A stretch of 62,649 nt of DNA, counting the filler, from Anaerolineae bacterium (GTDB taxonomy: Bacteria > Chloroflexota > Anaerolineae > Epilineales > Epilineaceae): assembly GCA_029262755.1 (NCBI GenBank). It is 3 parts of 3 records of this genome, joined end to end, with 100 filler letters (N's around TTAATTAATTAA, not from the genome) between each part and the next. Parts side by side here need not be neighbours in the genome. Positions count along the whole stretch, not along the records: positions 28,032 to 55,371 come from JAJCYU010000032.1; positions 55,472 to 62,649 come from JAJCYU010000034.1; 1 more part is not named here. One strand, 5' to 3'. The position numbers were made by a program, and so were the translations under genes. Positions within the stretch are counted from its first letter, which is position 1. The number at the start of each line of letters is the position of its first letter. Under the pieces are notes generated by a model. That model saw only the letters and a program-made list of their open reading frames with translations, searched no databases and was not told the origin of the DNA. Below, one piece after another: positions 52,838 through 62,649 of this stretch.

Positions 52838-55371
52838 TCAGCGGCAGATGGTCCGGCCCGCAACCCGCGTGTAGATCGTGCGCAGATCCGAGGGGGTGGG
52901 GGCCACGAAGAAGCGATCGCCGCCCGCGAGGCCTGCGAGCAGGGCGGTGTCGGCGTCCGGACCGAGCGCGATCGTGTAGAGCTCAGCCCCGATCGCGCGA
53001 AGGGCTTGCGCGGCGGGCTCCACTGCATCCGCCGCACCGGACTGGCCGCCGTCGGAGAGCAGCACGACCACCGCGCGGTGGCGCGGATCGCGTGCGGGGC
53101 CGCCGAGCTCGTCGCGCGCGGCGCGCAGGGCGCGGTCGATGCGGGTGCCGCTGCCGAGCGCGAGCGCGTCGAGGCCGGCGCGCAGGCGAAGGGGATCGCC
53201 CGTCAGGGAAGCCAGCACGTTGGCCTGCTCGTCGAAGCCGATCACCGCAGCCTGATCGCCCGGCAGCTGGAGCAGGTCGATGAAGCCGCGCGCCGCGATC
53301 CGCGCCTCGGACAACTTCTCGCCGGCCATGCTGGACGAGGCGTCGATCAACAACACGATGTCGGCGCGCTCGACCGAGGGCAGGCAATGCTCGCGGTAGG
53401 CGATCGGCAGGTGGGCGACGTAGACCGGGATCGGCGTGGGCGTCGGAGCGATGACCTCGATCTGGGGCACCGGGAACACCAAGGTACGCGCGACGCCGTC
53501 GTTGTCGGTGAAGGTTGCCTCGGCGAGCTCGCTCACGGGCAAGATGCCCACGCGCTGTGGCTCTACGCGGAAGGTGAGGGTCAGACCGTCCGTCGGCAGG
53601 CTGGCCCGGCTCCAGCGCAGGCGGCCGGGCGCTTCCAGGGCAGCCGGCACGGCCGAGGCCGGATCGTAGGCGATATCGGGCGCGAGGCGGTCGTCGACAA
53701 TGAGGTTGCCCACCGTGCCGCTGGAGACGACCAGGCGCAGGATCTCGCGGTAGATTGGGAACAGGGCCTGCGGTGTCGGTGCGAAGAAGAAGCGATCCTG
53801 GGTGGAGGCGATCGCCTCGAGCGTCGCCTGCCCCACGCCGGAGCCAAGGCCTACGGTGTAGATCTGAATGCGCTCGGCCTTGAGCCCATCGGCCACGAGG
53901 ACTGGGTCGGGCGGCGGTCCGGTGTGCCGGCCATCGGTCAGGAGCACGATCACGGGGAGCACGTCGGGCCTTCGCTCGGCGCTCAGGTGATCGGCCGCGG
54001 CGGTGAGAGCGGCAGAGATATCCGTTTCGCCGAGCGCTTGCAGGCCGTCGATGCCGCGTGCGACCGGCAGCACGTCCGTGGTCAGCGGCACGTCGACGCG
54101 GGCGTTCGTGCTGTAGCTGACCAGCCCCACCCGGTGGAAGCGCACGTCGAGCAGCTCGACGAAGACGCGCGCCGCCGCTTGGGCTGCGCGCAGTGGGTCA
54201 CCGTCCATGGAGCTGGAGCGATCGAGTACGAGCAGGATGTCGGCGCCGACGATGCGTTCCGTGTCGGGGCACTCGGCGTCGAGGGTCAACGTAACCGTGG
54301 CGGTGTCGCCCAACACGATGCGCGGCGGCCCGGCCACCTTGTCGCCCGTGACCCGGCAGGCCTTGGACGAGGGCGTCGGCGTGGGCGGCGGCGGTCCGCC
54401 GGGCGTCGGCGTAGCGAGCCGGCCGGGCGCATAGGCGCGAATGACGCGCGCGCCCGCCTCGGCCAGCCAGACGCGCCCTTCGGCGTCCAACGCGATATCC
54501 TCCGCCGCGTAGGCCGAACCGTCGCCCCGTGCGGGCTGCCAGCGTGACAGCAGCGCGCCGCTCTCGGCCGCATGCAGCTCCACGGTGCCGTCCACGAGCA
54601 ACGCAGCGATCACGGGCCCCGCGCCGGGCAACGTGCCCGCCGCGATGCGCCGCGGACCCGCGAGCAGGCCGGCGCGCCATCCGATCTCGGGGGCACTGTC
54701 CGTGCGCCAACCCTCGATCCGCCCCGTGACCAGATCGGCGGTCCACAGGCGACCGTCCGCATCCGCGACCACGTCGGCGGGCCAGAGCCCCACGGAACCC
54801 GGCACGTCGAGCGCGCCGGCAGGGCCGCCCGTCAACGCGTCGATCGCCGCGGCCTGACGCTGGGCCGGCCGTGTGATGTAGAGCCGTCCCGCCTGGCGCG
54901 CGAGGCGGCCGCCCAGCCCGCAGTCGCAGACCAAGGACCACGGGTCCAAGGGCGATGCGGCGGCGGCGTCCACGGCAAAGCGCCGCACGCGCCCGCCCAT
55001 GGTCGACAGGTAGATGCGGCTGTCGTCGGCCGCAAAATCCACCGCGTCGAAGCCGAGCACCGTGCGCCCGACCTCGGCGCCGTCGGCGGCGAGGCGGAGC
55101 ACGCGCGCCCCGGAACCATCGAGGGCCAGGATGGCCGCGGCCTTACCCTGACCGGGCGCGCCCGCCGGCGCCGGCACGATGGCGAGCGCATCGCTGCGCG
55201 CCACGAGGTTGGAGCGCCGAGGCAGGTCGGACAGCGCGAAGGCTTCGGGCACGCGACCAAAGTCCACACGCGCCGTCGTATCGTCGTCGGCGACGCGGAA
55301 GGTCGATCGCTGCGCGGCACCGGTGGTCAGCACGAGCGCGCCTGCTCCGACGCCGAGCGACCACCGGAACT
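52838..55371 (-). CDS. NHL-like propeller plus two VWA domains (5' truncated by contig end)
   Basis: Frame open to the spacer; MIDAS DRSSS and DASSS, LLTDG and LLSDG; internal PTPTP...AHLPIAYR. Confidence 0.85.
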
Positions 55372-55471
55372 NNNNNNNNNNNNNNNNNNNNNNNNNNNNN
55401 NNNNNNNNNNNNNNNTTAATTAATTAANNNNNNNNNNNNNNNNNNNNNNNNNNNNNNNNNNNNNNNNNNNN
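55372..55471. other. Artificial contig spacer
   Basis: 44 N + TTAATTAATTAA + 44 N. Confidence 0.97.
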
Positions 55472-56059
55472 CCGCTCGCCCTGCAGCTGCACGGCATGGT
55501 AGGGCACGTCGCGGATGCTGAGGTTGGCGATCTGGAAGTCCTCCACCGGACCCACGAGGAAGCCGTGCGCCACGCCGCCGCCGCGCTGCGTCATGCCGGG
55601 GCCGCGGATCACCACGTCCTCCGGTCCCGTGCCCCCGCCGCGGATCTCCGAGCGGCGCACGACGCGGTCGATGTAGAGCGTCTCCGACAGCTGGTACTCG
55701 CCGGGCGCGATGAGGATCGTCATGTCGTCGACGAGGCCGTCGATTGCCGTCTCGAGTTCCGCCACGGAATCGACGCGAACGATAAAGCCCTCGGGCGGGG
55801 AGAGGGGCGTGCAGGGCAGCGGGCCGACGGCTGGAGCGACGGCCGGCGCAGCGGCGGGCCTTGCGGCCGGCGCGAGGGCCATGCGGCTGCCGACGTCAGC
55901 CGCGCCCATGTGGTCGCCACGCTCGGAACCGACCGCGGACGTCGCGCGCGTGCCGGCGACACCGAGCAACGTCGGGAGCACGATCCACGGGAGGAGCGAG
56001 GCCACGGAGCGCGTCGCGTGTCGGGTCGCCCGGTATGTCGGCAAAGGTCCGCCTCTCAT
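55472..56059 (-). CDS. Secreted right-handed beta-helix protein, N-terminal part (3' truncated)
   Basis: GGAGG RBS; signal-like segment; ELETAI...TILIAPGEY...IANLSIRD typical of pectin-lyase-fold N-termini. Confidence 0.7.
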
Positions 56060-56159
56060 GCTCCCTCCGGTGACGAGGACCAAGGTCCTCGAATTGAGAT
56101 CGTGTCCCGAACGCGACGTGCTCGAGCACGTCGATCGAGCCCCGCCCCGCCAATGGAGC

Positions 56160-56675
56160 CTACGCCTTCCCCGCCCGGCCGAGGATGCTCGGCGTCACGC
56201 GATAGGCCTTGCCGAAGCCGGCGTTGAACAGGCCACCGCTCGGTGTCAGGCGGACGAGATGGAAATCGCCAAGGCCGAACATCATCTCGTGCTGCGGCAG
56301 CTTGTACAGGTAGCGCGCCTTGGCGGCCGGGTACTCCGGATCGTCGTGCTCGAGCACGTCGGCCCAGCAGTCGAGCATCAGGCGGTGCTTTTGCAGCGGC
56401 TCCGACTCCCCGTCGTCGGGGGCGGCGATCATCAGGCCGCAGCGCGGGTCGTGGCGTAAATGCGCCGTGTGCGCGGAGAGATCCGAGACGTGAAGCCAGA
56501 ACGCGCTGAGGTCACGGGTGTCGGCGTAGCTCACGAGCGACACGGACGGGGAGCCGCCAGGGCCGAGCGATGCCAGCGCGGCGCTGCGATGATCGCGTAC
56601 CACGGCCGCCAGCCAGGCCATGGACTCTTCATCGAATCGTTGCAGCATGTCAGATGGACTCTTGAGATTGGTCAT
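56160..56675 (-). CDS. Pyridoxamine 5'-phosphate oxidase-like / HugZ-family split-barrel protein
   Basis: ALASL...PSVSLV, VSDLSAHTAHL, LGDFHLVRL, NAGFGKAY. Confidence 0.85.
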   Translation of the reverse strand: MTNLKSPSDMLQRFDEESMAWLAAVVRDHRSAALASLGPGGSPSVSLVSYADTRDLSAFWLHVSDLSAHTAHLRHDPRCGLMIAAPDDGESEPLQKHRLMLDCWADVLEHDDPEYPAAKARYLYKLPQHEMMFGLGDFHLVRLTPSGGLFNAGFGKAYRVTPSILGRAGKA

Positions 56676-56693
56676 GGGGCTAGAATACACGCA
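56675..56693. promoter_or_regulatory. Putative bidirectional promoter with overlapping -10 boxes for two leaderless mRNAs
   Basis: TAGAAT (+, 56681-56686) is 6 nt before the dnaG ATG; TATTCT (-, 56687-56682) is 6 nt before the divergent ATG at 56675. Confidence 0.6.
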
Positions 56694-58816
56694 TGAGCAA
56701 CGTAGACGAGGTTCGCGACCGGCTCGACATCGTCGAGATCGTCGGAGAGACCGTACAGCTGAAGCGCGCCGGGCGTTCCTGGAAGGGCACGTGTCCCTTT
56801 CATCAGGAGAAGACGCCCAGCTTCGTCGTGTTTCCGGACTCGGGCAATTGGCGGTGCTTCGGCTCCTGCGCGACGGGCGGTGACGTCTTCGATTTTGTGA
56901 TGCGCGTCGAGAACATAGATTTCAAAGGCGCGCTCGAAATACTCGCGCGTCGGGCGGGGGTCGAGCTCGCGCCGCCTTCCCCGGATCTGGAGCGGCGCAA
57001 GGAGCTGCGCGACCGGCTGCGCGAAGCGACGGCGGCGGCGGCGGAGTTCTTCCAGCACCAGCTCTTGCGCAGCGAAGAGCCCGGAGCCGCGGCGGCGCGT
57101 GAATACCTCGCGAAGCGCGGTTTCGGCGGCGAAGCCTGCAAGGCGCATGCAATCGGCTACGCACCCGATGAATGGCAACGCACAGGCGACGCGCTGCGCC
57201 GGCAGGGCTTCGACGACGAGCTGCTGCTCGCAGCCGGGCTGCTGCGCCAGCGGGATGACGGCAACGCCTACGACTACTTCCGTGGGCGGGTGACGTTCAC
57301 CATCCACAGCCTGCGCGGCGAGGCCATCGCTTTCGGTGCGCGCACGCTCGATCCGGAGGGCGTTCCCAAGTACCTCAACAGCCCGCAGACGGAGATCTTC
57401 GACAAGGGCCGCACCCTCTACGGTCTCGACCGGGCGAAGAAGGCCGTGCGCGATGCCGGTGAGGTCGTGGTGGTGGAAGGCTATACGGACGTCGTGCGTG
57501 CGCACGCGGCCGGATTCGAGAACGTCGTCGCCAGCCTTGGAACGGCGCTCACCGAGCACCACGTCCTGCTGCTCAAGCGCTTCACCCCGCGCATCGTCCT
57601 GGCGCTGGACGCGGACGCGGCCGGCCAATCGGCCACGCTGCGCGGACTCGAGGTCGCGCAGGAGGCGGCCGGCGGCGATGTCGTGCCGGTGCCGACCGCG
57701 CGCGGCGTGGTGCGCTACGAGCACCGGATGGACGTGGAACTAGCGGTGGCGACGCTGCCGGAGGGCCGCGATCCCGACGACGTGATCCGCGAAGACCCCG
57801 AAGCGTGGCGCGCCTTGATCGCCGGAGCGCGCCCGGTGATGCAGCATCTGTTCACCGTGCTGACGGCCGAACTCGACCTGAGCGACCCGCGCGGCAAAAC
57901 GACCGCGGTTGATCGCCTGATGCCGGTCATCGCCGACATCCCTGAACCCGTCGCGCGCGCCGCCTGGGTTTCCCGTCTGGCGGACCTGGTACGCATCGAC
58001 GAGCGGACCCTGGCCGGCTCCCTCGCGCGGGCCGCCGCCGCGAAGAAGCGCCGTCCCACGCCGCGCCGCGGCGCCGAGGACACCGGCCGCGCGCAGCCGG
58101 GTTCGCGTCCGGGTTCGCGCGCTTCGTCCGAGCGTGGAGCAGGGTCCAACAGGGAGCGGGATCCCAACGCACCGCCCGACGGTCCGACTTCGTTCGACCT
58201 CGAGGAAGGCGCGCCGCCGCTCGGCGAGGCCGATCTACCCGCCGGGTTGGATGGCGCGATCGGCTTCATCCCTGAGGAGCGCAGGTCCGCGCGACCGGCG
58301 TCTACGCCGACCGACCTCGCGGCCTGGCTCATGGGCCAATTCCTCCTCGCCCCGCACCGGCTGCCCACCCTCAACAGCGCGCTGCGAGACGAAGAGCTGC
58401 CGCCGCTTACGGAGACCGACCTGGAGCGCGCCGTCGACCGCGACCTCCTGGTGGCCGTCGGCTACGCCGCGCACGGGGTCGCGCCACCGGACGCGCCGCC
58501 GGAGCACCGGCTCGAAGCGCTGCCCGAGAGCCACGCCGCCTACGCCGCGGGGCTGCGCAAGCAAGCGGTGGACGCGCCGGTCCTCGACGAACTCGATTGC
58601 CGCCGCGCGCTGCGCCGGGCGCTGCTGCGTCTGCGCATCCAGGCCACGAAGAGTACGTTGGAGGGGCTGCGCTTCCTGCAGGCCGAGTCCGAGGCGGACG
58701 AACGGTCCGCACTGGACGATCGCGTGCGTCAGGTTACCCTCGACCTGGCATCGCTCCAGGGCCTCCTTACTCCGCGCGGTCGGGCTCGCGGCAAGCGCGA
58801 CCGGGCGGTCGGCTAA
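56693..58816 (+). CDS. dnaG: DNA primase
   Basis: CPFHQEKTPSF...CFGSC zinc finger, PKYLNSP, VEGYTDV and ALDADAAG TOPRIM motifs. Confidence 0.97.
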   Translation: MSNVDEVRDRLDIVEIVGETVQLKRAGRSWKGTCPFHQEKTPSFVVFPDSGNWRCFGSCATGGDVFDFVMRVENIDFKGALEILARRAGVELAPPSPDLERRKELRDRLREATAAAAEFFQHQLLRSEEPGAAAAREYLAKRGFGGEACKAHAIGYAPDEWQRTGDALRRQGFDDELLLAAGLLRQRDDGNAYDYFRGRVTFTIHSLRGEAIAFGARTLDPEGVPKYLNSPQTEIFDKGRTLYGLDRAKKAVRDAGEVVVVEGYTDVVRAHAAGFENVVASLGTALTEHHVLLLKRFTPRIVLALDADAAGQSATLRGLEVAQEAAGGDVVPVPTARGVVRYEHRMDVELAVATLPEGRDPDDVIREDPEAWRALIAGARPVMQHLFTVLTAELDLSDPRGKTTAVDRLMPVIADIPEPVARAAWVSRLADLVRIDERTLAGSLARAAAAKKRRPTPRRGAEDTGRAQPGSRPGSRASSERGAGSNRERDPNAPPDGPTSFDLEEGAPPLGEADLPAGLDGAIGFIPEERRSARPASTPTDLAAWLMGQFLLAPHRLPTLNSALRDEELPPLTETDLERAVDRDLLVAVGYAAHGVAPPDAPPEHRLEALPESHAAYAAGLRKQAVDAPVLDELDCRRALRRALLRLRIQATKSTLEGLRFLQAESEADERSALDDRVRQVTLDLASLQGLLTPRGRARGKRDRAVG

Positions 58817-59080
58817 GGGCTCCTCGAGCAATACGAAGCGCTATTCGGTCACCGCTGGACTGCCCCGTCGCCCCATCGCCCCATCGCCCTCTTCTCCTCC
58901 GCAATGGCGCTGCCAGTACCTCGTCATCGCGAACCACTGGAACAGCCGAGCGGCGCCCTCGGCAGCTGCCTCCAATTGCTGGTCGGGCCCTACGGCGACG
59001 ACGGCGGGCGGTCGCAGTGCTACCACCGATTTTCGCGCCCGGCCGACGTGCAACCGTCCACCGTGCGACGGTGAAATCTC

Positions 59081-59109
59081 TTGACCGCCCTCCCACCGCT
59101 GGCTAGAGT
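59081..59109 (+). promoter_or_regulatory. Sigma70-type promoter of yvcK
   Basis: TTGACC, 17 nt, TAGAGT, ending 9 nt before ATG 59119. Confidence 0.65.
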
Positions 59110-59118
59110 CTGCCGCAC

Positions 59119-60453
59119 ATGCGATCTCTCAAGTGGCTCATCCCCGGCATGCAGATCAAGCGGTGGCTCCTGCTGCTGCTGGTCGGCGTGACGCTGGCGG
59201 CCCTCGGTCTGGCCTACGGGCTCATCGAGCTCTATGCCACCGTCCAGGTGCCCGATGCTCTCCAGACCTTGGTGAGCTTCGTGACGCTGCAGCCCTTGCC
59301 GCAGTGGCTACGGGCCGGACTCTTCGCCCTGGCCGGTCTCGGTGGCCTCGGCTTCGGTCTATACGGGCTCAACCGTTCGCTGCTGAGCGCGGTCGATCCG
59401 GACGGCAGGGTCGATCTCGTCGAGCAGGTGGATCGGCGCCGAAGGCGGCGCACCGCGCCCAAGATCGTGGTGCTTGGCGGCGGGACGGGTCTCTCGACGC
59501 TGCTGCGCGGCCTGAAAGAACACACCGACCAGTTGACCGCCATCGTCACCGTCGCCGACGACGGCGGCTCGAGTGGCAGGCTGCGCCAAAGTCTCGGCGT
59601 ACACCCGCCGGGTGACTTCCGACAGTGCATCGCCGCTCTGGCCAACACCGAGCCGCTCATGCAACGCCTCTTCGAGTATCGCTTCGGCGACGGCAGCGAG
59701 TTGGGCGGGCATGCCTTCGGGAACCTGTTCATCGTGGCCATGACGGGCATCACGGGCAGCTTTGAGAGCGCGCTGCGCGCGTCAAGCCGGGTGCTGGCCG
59801 TGCGCGGACGGATCGTGCCCTCCACGCTCGAGCACGTCACCCTATTCGCGGAGCTCGAAGACGACCGGGTGATGACGGGCGAGTCCAAGGTGCCCAAGGG
59901 CGAGGCGCCCATCCGCCGCGTCTTCCTGGAACCGCGTGACGCCCGGGCCTACCCCGAGGCGGTGTCGGCGCTGCTCGAGGCCGACCTGGTCGTGCTCGGC
60001 CCCGGCAGCTTGTACACCAGCGTCCTGCCGAACTTGCTCGTGCCCGACATTGCGGCCGCTCTGGATGCGACGCGCGCGCCCGTGGTGTACGTGGCCAACG
60101 TCGCCACGCAGCCCGGCGAGACGACCGGCTACAGCCTGTCGGACCATGTCGCAGCCATCCGCCGCCATCTGCGGCGCAAGGTGGTCGATATCGTCCTGGC
60201 CAACAACAACCTGATCCCGCTCGAAGGCCATCCGTCACTCGAAGCCGTTCTGCCGGAGCCGCCTTCCAATCACTTCTTCAGCGGAGCGGGCCCGCGTCTC
60301 GTCCTCGCCGACCTCATCGACGAGCAGACGCCCACGCGTCATGAGCCGGCCAAGCTCGGCGCGGCAATCATGGCCCTGCGCCGCGACCACACACGTCGTT
60401 CGACGGCGGAGCGATCCCAACCGGAACCCCCGGAGCCCGCGCCCGCGATGTAG
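59119..60453 (+). CDS. yvcK: YvcK/GlmR (UPF0052, CofD-like) protein with N-terminal TM helices
   Basis: GGGTGLSTLLRGLK, VADDGGSSGRLR, PPGDFR, GPGSLYTS; two N-terminal TM segments. Confidence 0.92.
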   Translation: MRSLKWLIPGMQIKRWLLLLLVGVTLAALGLAYGLIELYATVQVPDALQTLVSFVTLQPLPQWLRAGLFALAGLGGLGFGLYGLNRSLLSAVDPDGRVDLVEQVDRRRRRRTAPKIVVLGGGTGLSTLLRGLKEHTDQLTAIVTVADDGGSSGRLRQSLGVHPPGDFRQCIAALANTEPLMQRLFEYRFGDGSELGGHAFGNLFIVAMTGITGSFESALRASSRVLAVRGRIVPSTLEHVTLFAELEDDRVMTGESKVPKGEAPIRRVFLEPRDARAYPEAVSALLEADLVVLGPGSLYTSVLPNLLVPDIAAALDATRAPVVYVANVATQPGETTGYSLSDHVAAIRRHLRRKVVDIVLANNNLIPLEGHPSLEAVLPEPPSNHFFSGAGPRLVLADLIDEQTPTRHEPAKLGAAIMALRRDHTRRSTAERSQPEPPEPAPAM

Positions 60454-60834
60454 TACTACGGGATCGGCCGGCCTGCTCGGGCACAAGCTGCATCCGTGAC
60501 TCCTTCCCTACGGCCGGCGAAGCACTGTCCCTGTCTGCTCGACGTCGACCGCAGCGTGTGCCGCTACGCCCCGCCTGCGGTCGAATTGTGCCGTCTACCT
60601 TGCGGTGACCGTGATATCCATCCCGGACGCCGCCCACTTCTCCTCGCGCCGCCTCTTCAACCCTTCCCCGACGTCTCGCGCCGCGTCCCAGCCCCAACCT
60701 CAACCCCTACCCCAGCCCCAGCCCCATGCGACGTTCGTGCGACGCTCGAGCGACGTTGGCGGCGACGAGGGCGCGACGCCCGCCACCTAGCCTCGCCTTC
60801 CCCCGCGCTTGCCGCGGATCCCAAGGAGCGAGGC

Positions 60835-61383
60835 ATGACCTTCCGACCCCCGATCAACCTGCCGTCCCGTCCCCGCCGAACGCCGCCGCGGGCCGCCGCC
60901 CAGCCGCTCGGGTCCCGCCCGAACGGGGCCCGTTCCACATCACGGTCGGCATCTACGCCGGCCGCCCTCCGGCACCGTAGATCCGGATCGCCCCCCGCCG
61001 CACCGGATCTGGTTCGCTCGCGCGCCTGGCAACGTGGCCTGGCGGCCCGCGCGGATGATCCCAGCCCCGACGCGCTCGCGCCGAACGAGCAGCGCATCGT
61101 GCGCCTGCTGTGCGAGGGCTTCGACCGTCAGGAGATCGCCGCGCGCATCCGACGATCGCGCAGCACGCTCGACCGCACGATCTGCCGGATCTATGCGGCC
61201 ACCGGCTTTTCCTCAGCCTACCAGGTCGTGGCGTGGGCGCACCGTACGGGCGCCCACGTACGCGGCCGACTCCCGGACGTTGCCTCCCACGATGACCGCG
61301 ATCGCCGCTTCGTCCGCGATGAGCGCGACAATCGCGAAGCGCACGATGTCGGCGCTGCCCCGCATGGGGAGGAGTCGTCATGA
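60835..61383 (+). CDS. LuxR-type HTH protein
   Basis: AAGGAG RBS; LAPNEQRIVRLLCEGFDRQEIAARIRRSRSTL HTH. Confidence 0.65.
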   Translation: MTFRPPINLPSRPRRTPPRAAAQPLGSRPNGARSTSRSASTPAALRHRRSGSPPAAPDLVRSRAWQRGLAARADDPSPDALAPNEQRIVRLLCEGFDRQEIAARIRRSRSTLDRTICRIYAATGFSSAYQVVAWAHRTGAHVRGRLPDVASHDDRDRRFVRDERDNREAHDVGAAPHGEESS

Positions 61384-62649
61384 CCCTCGAGACGATCCGC
61401 CGTTCCGAGGTCGGCTCCGTGCTGCGCCATCTTGCCCGCGGCGCCGCACCCGATCACACACCGCTCGACGGGCTCGTGAGCGTGGCGCGTTCGCTGCACG
61501 CCGCGGGCTTCCAACCTACGCCGCGCGCCCGCCGGCACGAGCTCGCGCGCCTGCTGGTCGGCCTGGTCGAGGACGAGCTGACCCGGCTGCGGCGTATGGC
61601 CGGCGCCTTCCGCGTGGACGTACAGAGCCGAGCGGCGATCGCGTTGCATCGCACCGGGGGTGTAGCCGAGCGTGGCGCCGACCGGGTGGTCGACGACGCG
61701 CGCGCCTTGGATCGCCACGTCGAGACGCCCGATACGTTGCGCGCCCGCATCCGCGAGGACTTCGCACAAGGCAGCGTCGCGCTTGAGGCGATGAGCGCCG
61801 TGTATCACCTGTACCTACGGCCCGATCTGGCCATCGATCTGGACGACTTCGTGGCGTTGCTCGGCGATCGCCATCGGCGCACCGTGCAACGCCGTCTGAG
61901 CCGCGGCGTCGCGTTGATCACGGACCGCCTGCTCGAGCGCGAGCGGGAGGCACGCATCGCGGACCGCCGGGCGCGGCTGGCCGCACGGCTGCCCGCTGCC
62001 GCGGGGCGCCTCTTCGGCGCGGCCGGCGCCATCGAGACACTGGCCGAACAACTCACGGCGGGCGAGACCGTCCTGCTGGGCGGTGCGCCGGGTTCGGGCA
62101 AGACGACCGTCGCGCGCGCCGCTGTCGCGCGGCTGCTCGACGACGGCGTGCTCGATGCGCTCGCGTGGCTGCCGTCGCCGCCCCGGCGCGGCCCGGCGGC
62201 GGGCATCGCGGACGGGGCGCTCGTCGCGTCGCCGGCCTGGCGCGTGGCGGCGCCGCCGCTCGGGGGCGGCACGGTGACCGATGGGGTCGGTTCGGTCGCG
62301 CCGCACGGCAGGTCAGCCGGCGAGCGGGCGGCGTTCGCGCCCGCCGTGACCGGCCTTGTGGCGGACGCGCGCGCTCAGTTGGACGCGCTGCGCGCACATC
62401 GCGCGCACCAACCGCCGGTTCCGACCTATCGTGCGATAGCCGCCGACGCCGAGCGAGAGCCGACGTCGGAAGGAGAGGACCCCGTCGGTGGCTGGGAGGG
62501 GGGCGCAGGCTCGACGCGTGCCCTGCGCACGCTGGTCGTCATCGACGGGCTCGATACGCCCGAGACGGCACGCGCGGCCGCCCATGCCGCGGCGCACCTG
62601 GGGACGCCGGCCCTCCTGATCGGAAGGGCCGTAGACGCGGCGCAGCGGG
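61380..62649 (+). CDS. STAND/NB-ARC-like ATPase with N-terminal HTH-like domain (runs off the window)
   Basis: Manual translation from ATG 61380 has no stop; Walker A GAPGSGKTT at 62082; Walker B VVIDGLD at 62535. Absent from the ORF track. Confidence 0.78.
   Translation, partial: MTLETIRRSEVGSVLRHLARGAAPDHTPLDGLVSVARSLHAAGFQPTPRARRHELARLLVGLVEDELTRLRRMAGAFRVDVQSRAAIALHRTGGVAERGADRVVDDARALDRHVETPDTLRARIREDFAQGSVALEAMSAVYHLYLRPDLAIDLDDFVALLGDRHRRTVQRRLSRGVALITDRLLEREREARIADRRARLAARLPAAAGRLFGAAGAIETLAEQLTAGETVLLGGAPGSGKTTVARAAVARLLDDGVLDALAWLPSPPRRGPAAGIADGALVASPAWRVAAPPLGGGTVTDGVGSVAPHGRSAGERAAFAPAVTGLVADARAQLDALRAHRAHQPPVPTYRAIAADAEREPTSEGEDPVGGWEGGAGSTRALRTLVVIDGLDTPETARAAAHAAAHLGTPALLIGRAVDAAQR

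Overview
High-GC bacterial DNA, most consistent with Chloroflexota (inferred from the recurring C-terminal [F/Y/W/H]-[L/I/M/V]-P motif, the GAAC-N4-GTTC boxes and the EAD/STAND proteins). It is made of three contigs joined by artificial N44-TTAATTAATTAA-N44 spacers (27932-28031, 55372-55471), so adjacency across these spacers is not real. Contig 1 holds a partial NurA-like gene, copper chaperones (PCuAC, Sco), nth, an S8 protease and a herA - mre11/sbcD - xseA - small ORF - xseB cluster. That cluster has two similar promoters, each with an identical LexA-type box. It is followed by an rmd-gmd-pgm-tatD-polyprenyl synthase-GT2 operon, two tandem VWA proteins and a purple acid phosphatase. Contig 2 is mostly secreted proteins: a candidate structured ncRNA, an EAD8-like/FGE protein, three LVIVD-like propellers, four tandem FG-GAP paralogs that all keep an RGD motif, a propeller/di-haem cytochrome, an MFS transporter, a DegP-like protease and response regulator separated by a 40-bp tandem repeat, and a double-VWA protein. 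Contig 3 holds a beta-helix protein fragment, a HugZ-like gene and dnaG with an apparent bidirectional leaderless promoter, yvcK, and a LuxR-HTH plus STAND ATPase pair. The best candidates for undescribed biology are the putatively SOS-regulated HerA-Mre11-ExoVII (plus NurA) module, a shared C-terminal sorting-like signal on about 8 secreted proteins, and the RGD-bearing FG-GAP array. All calls come from reading motifs by eye; no searches were run.
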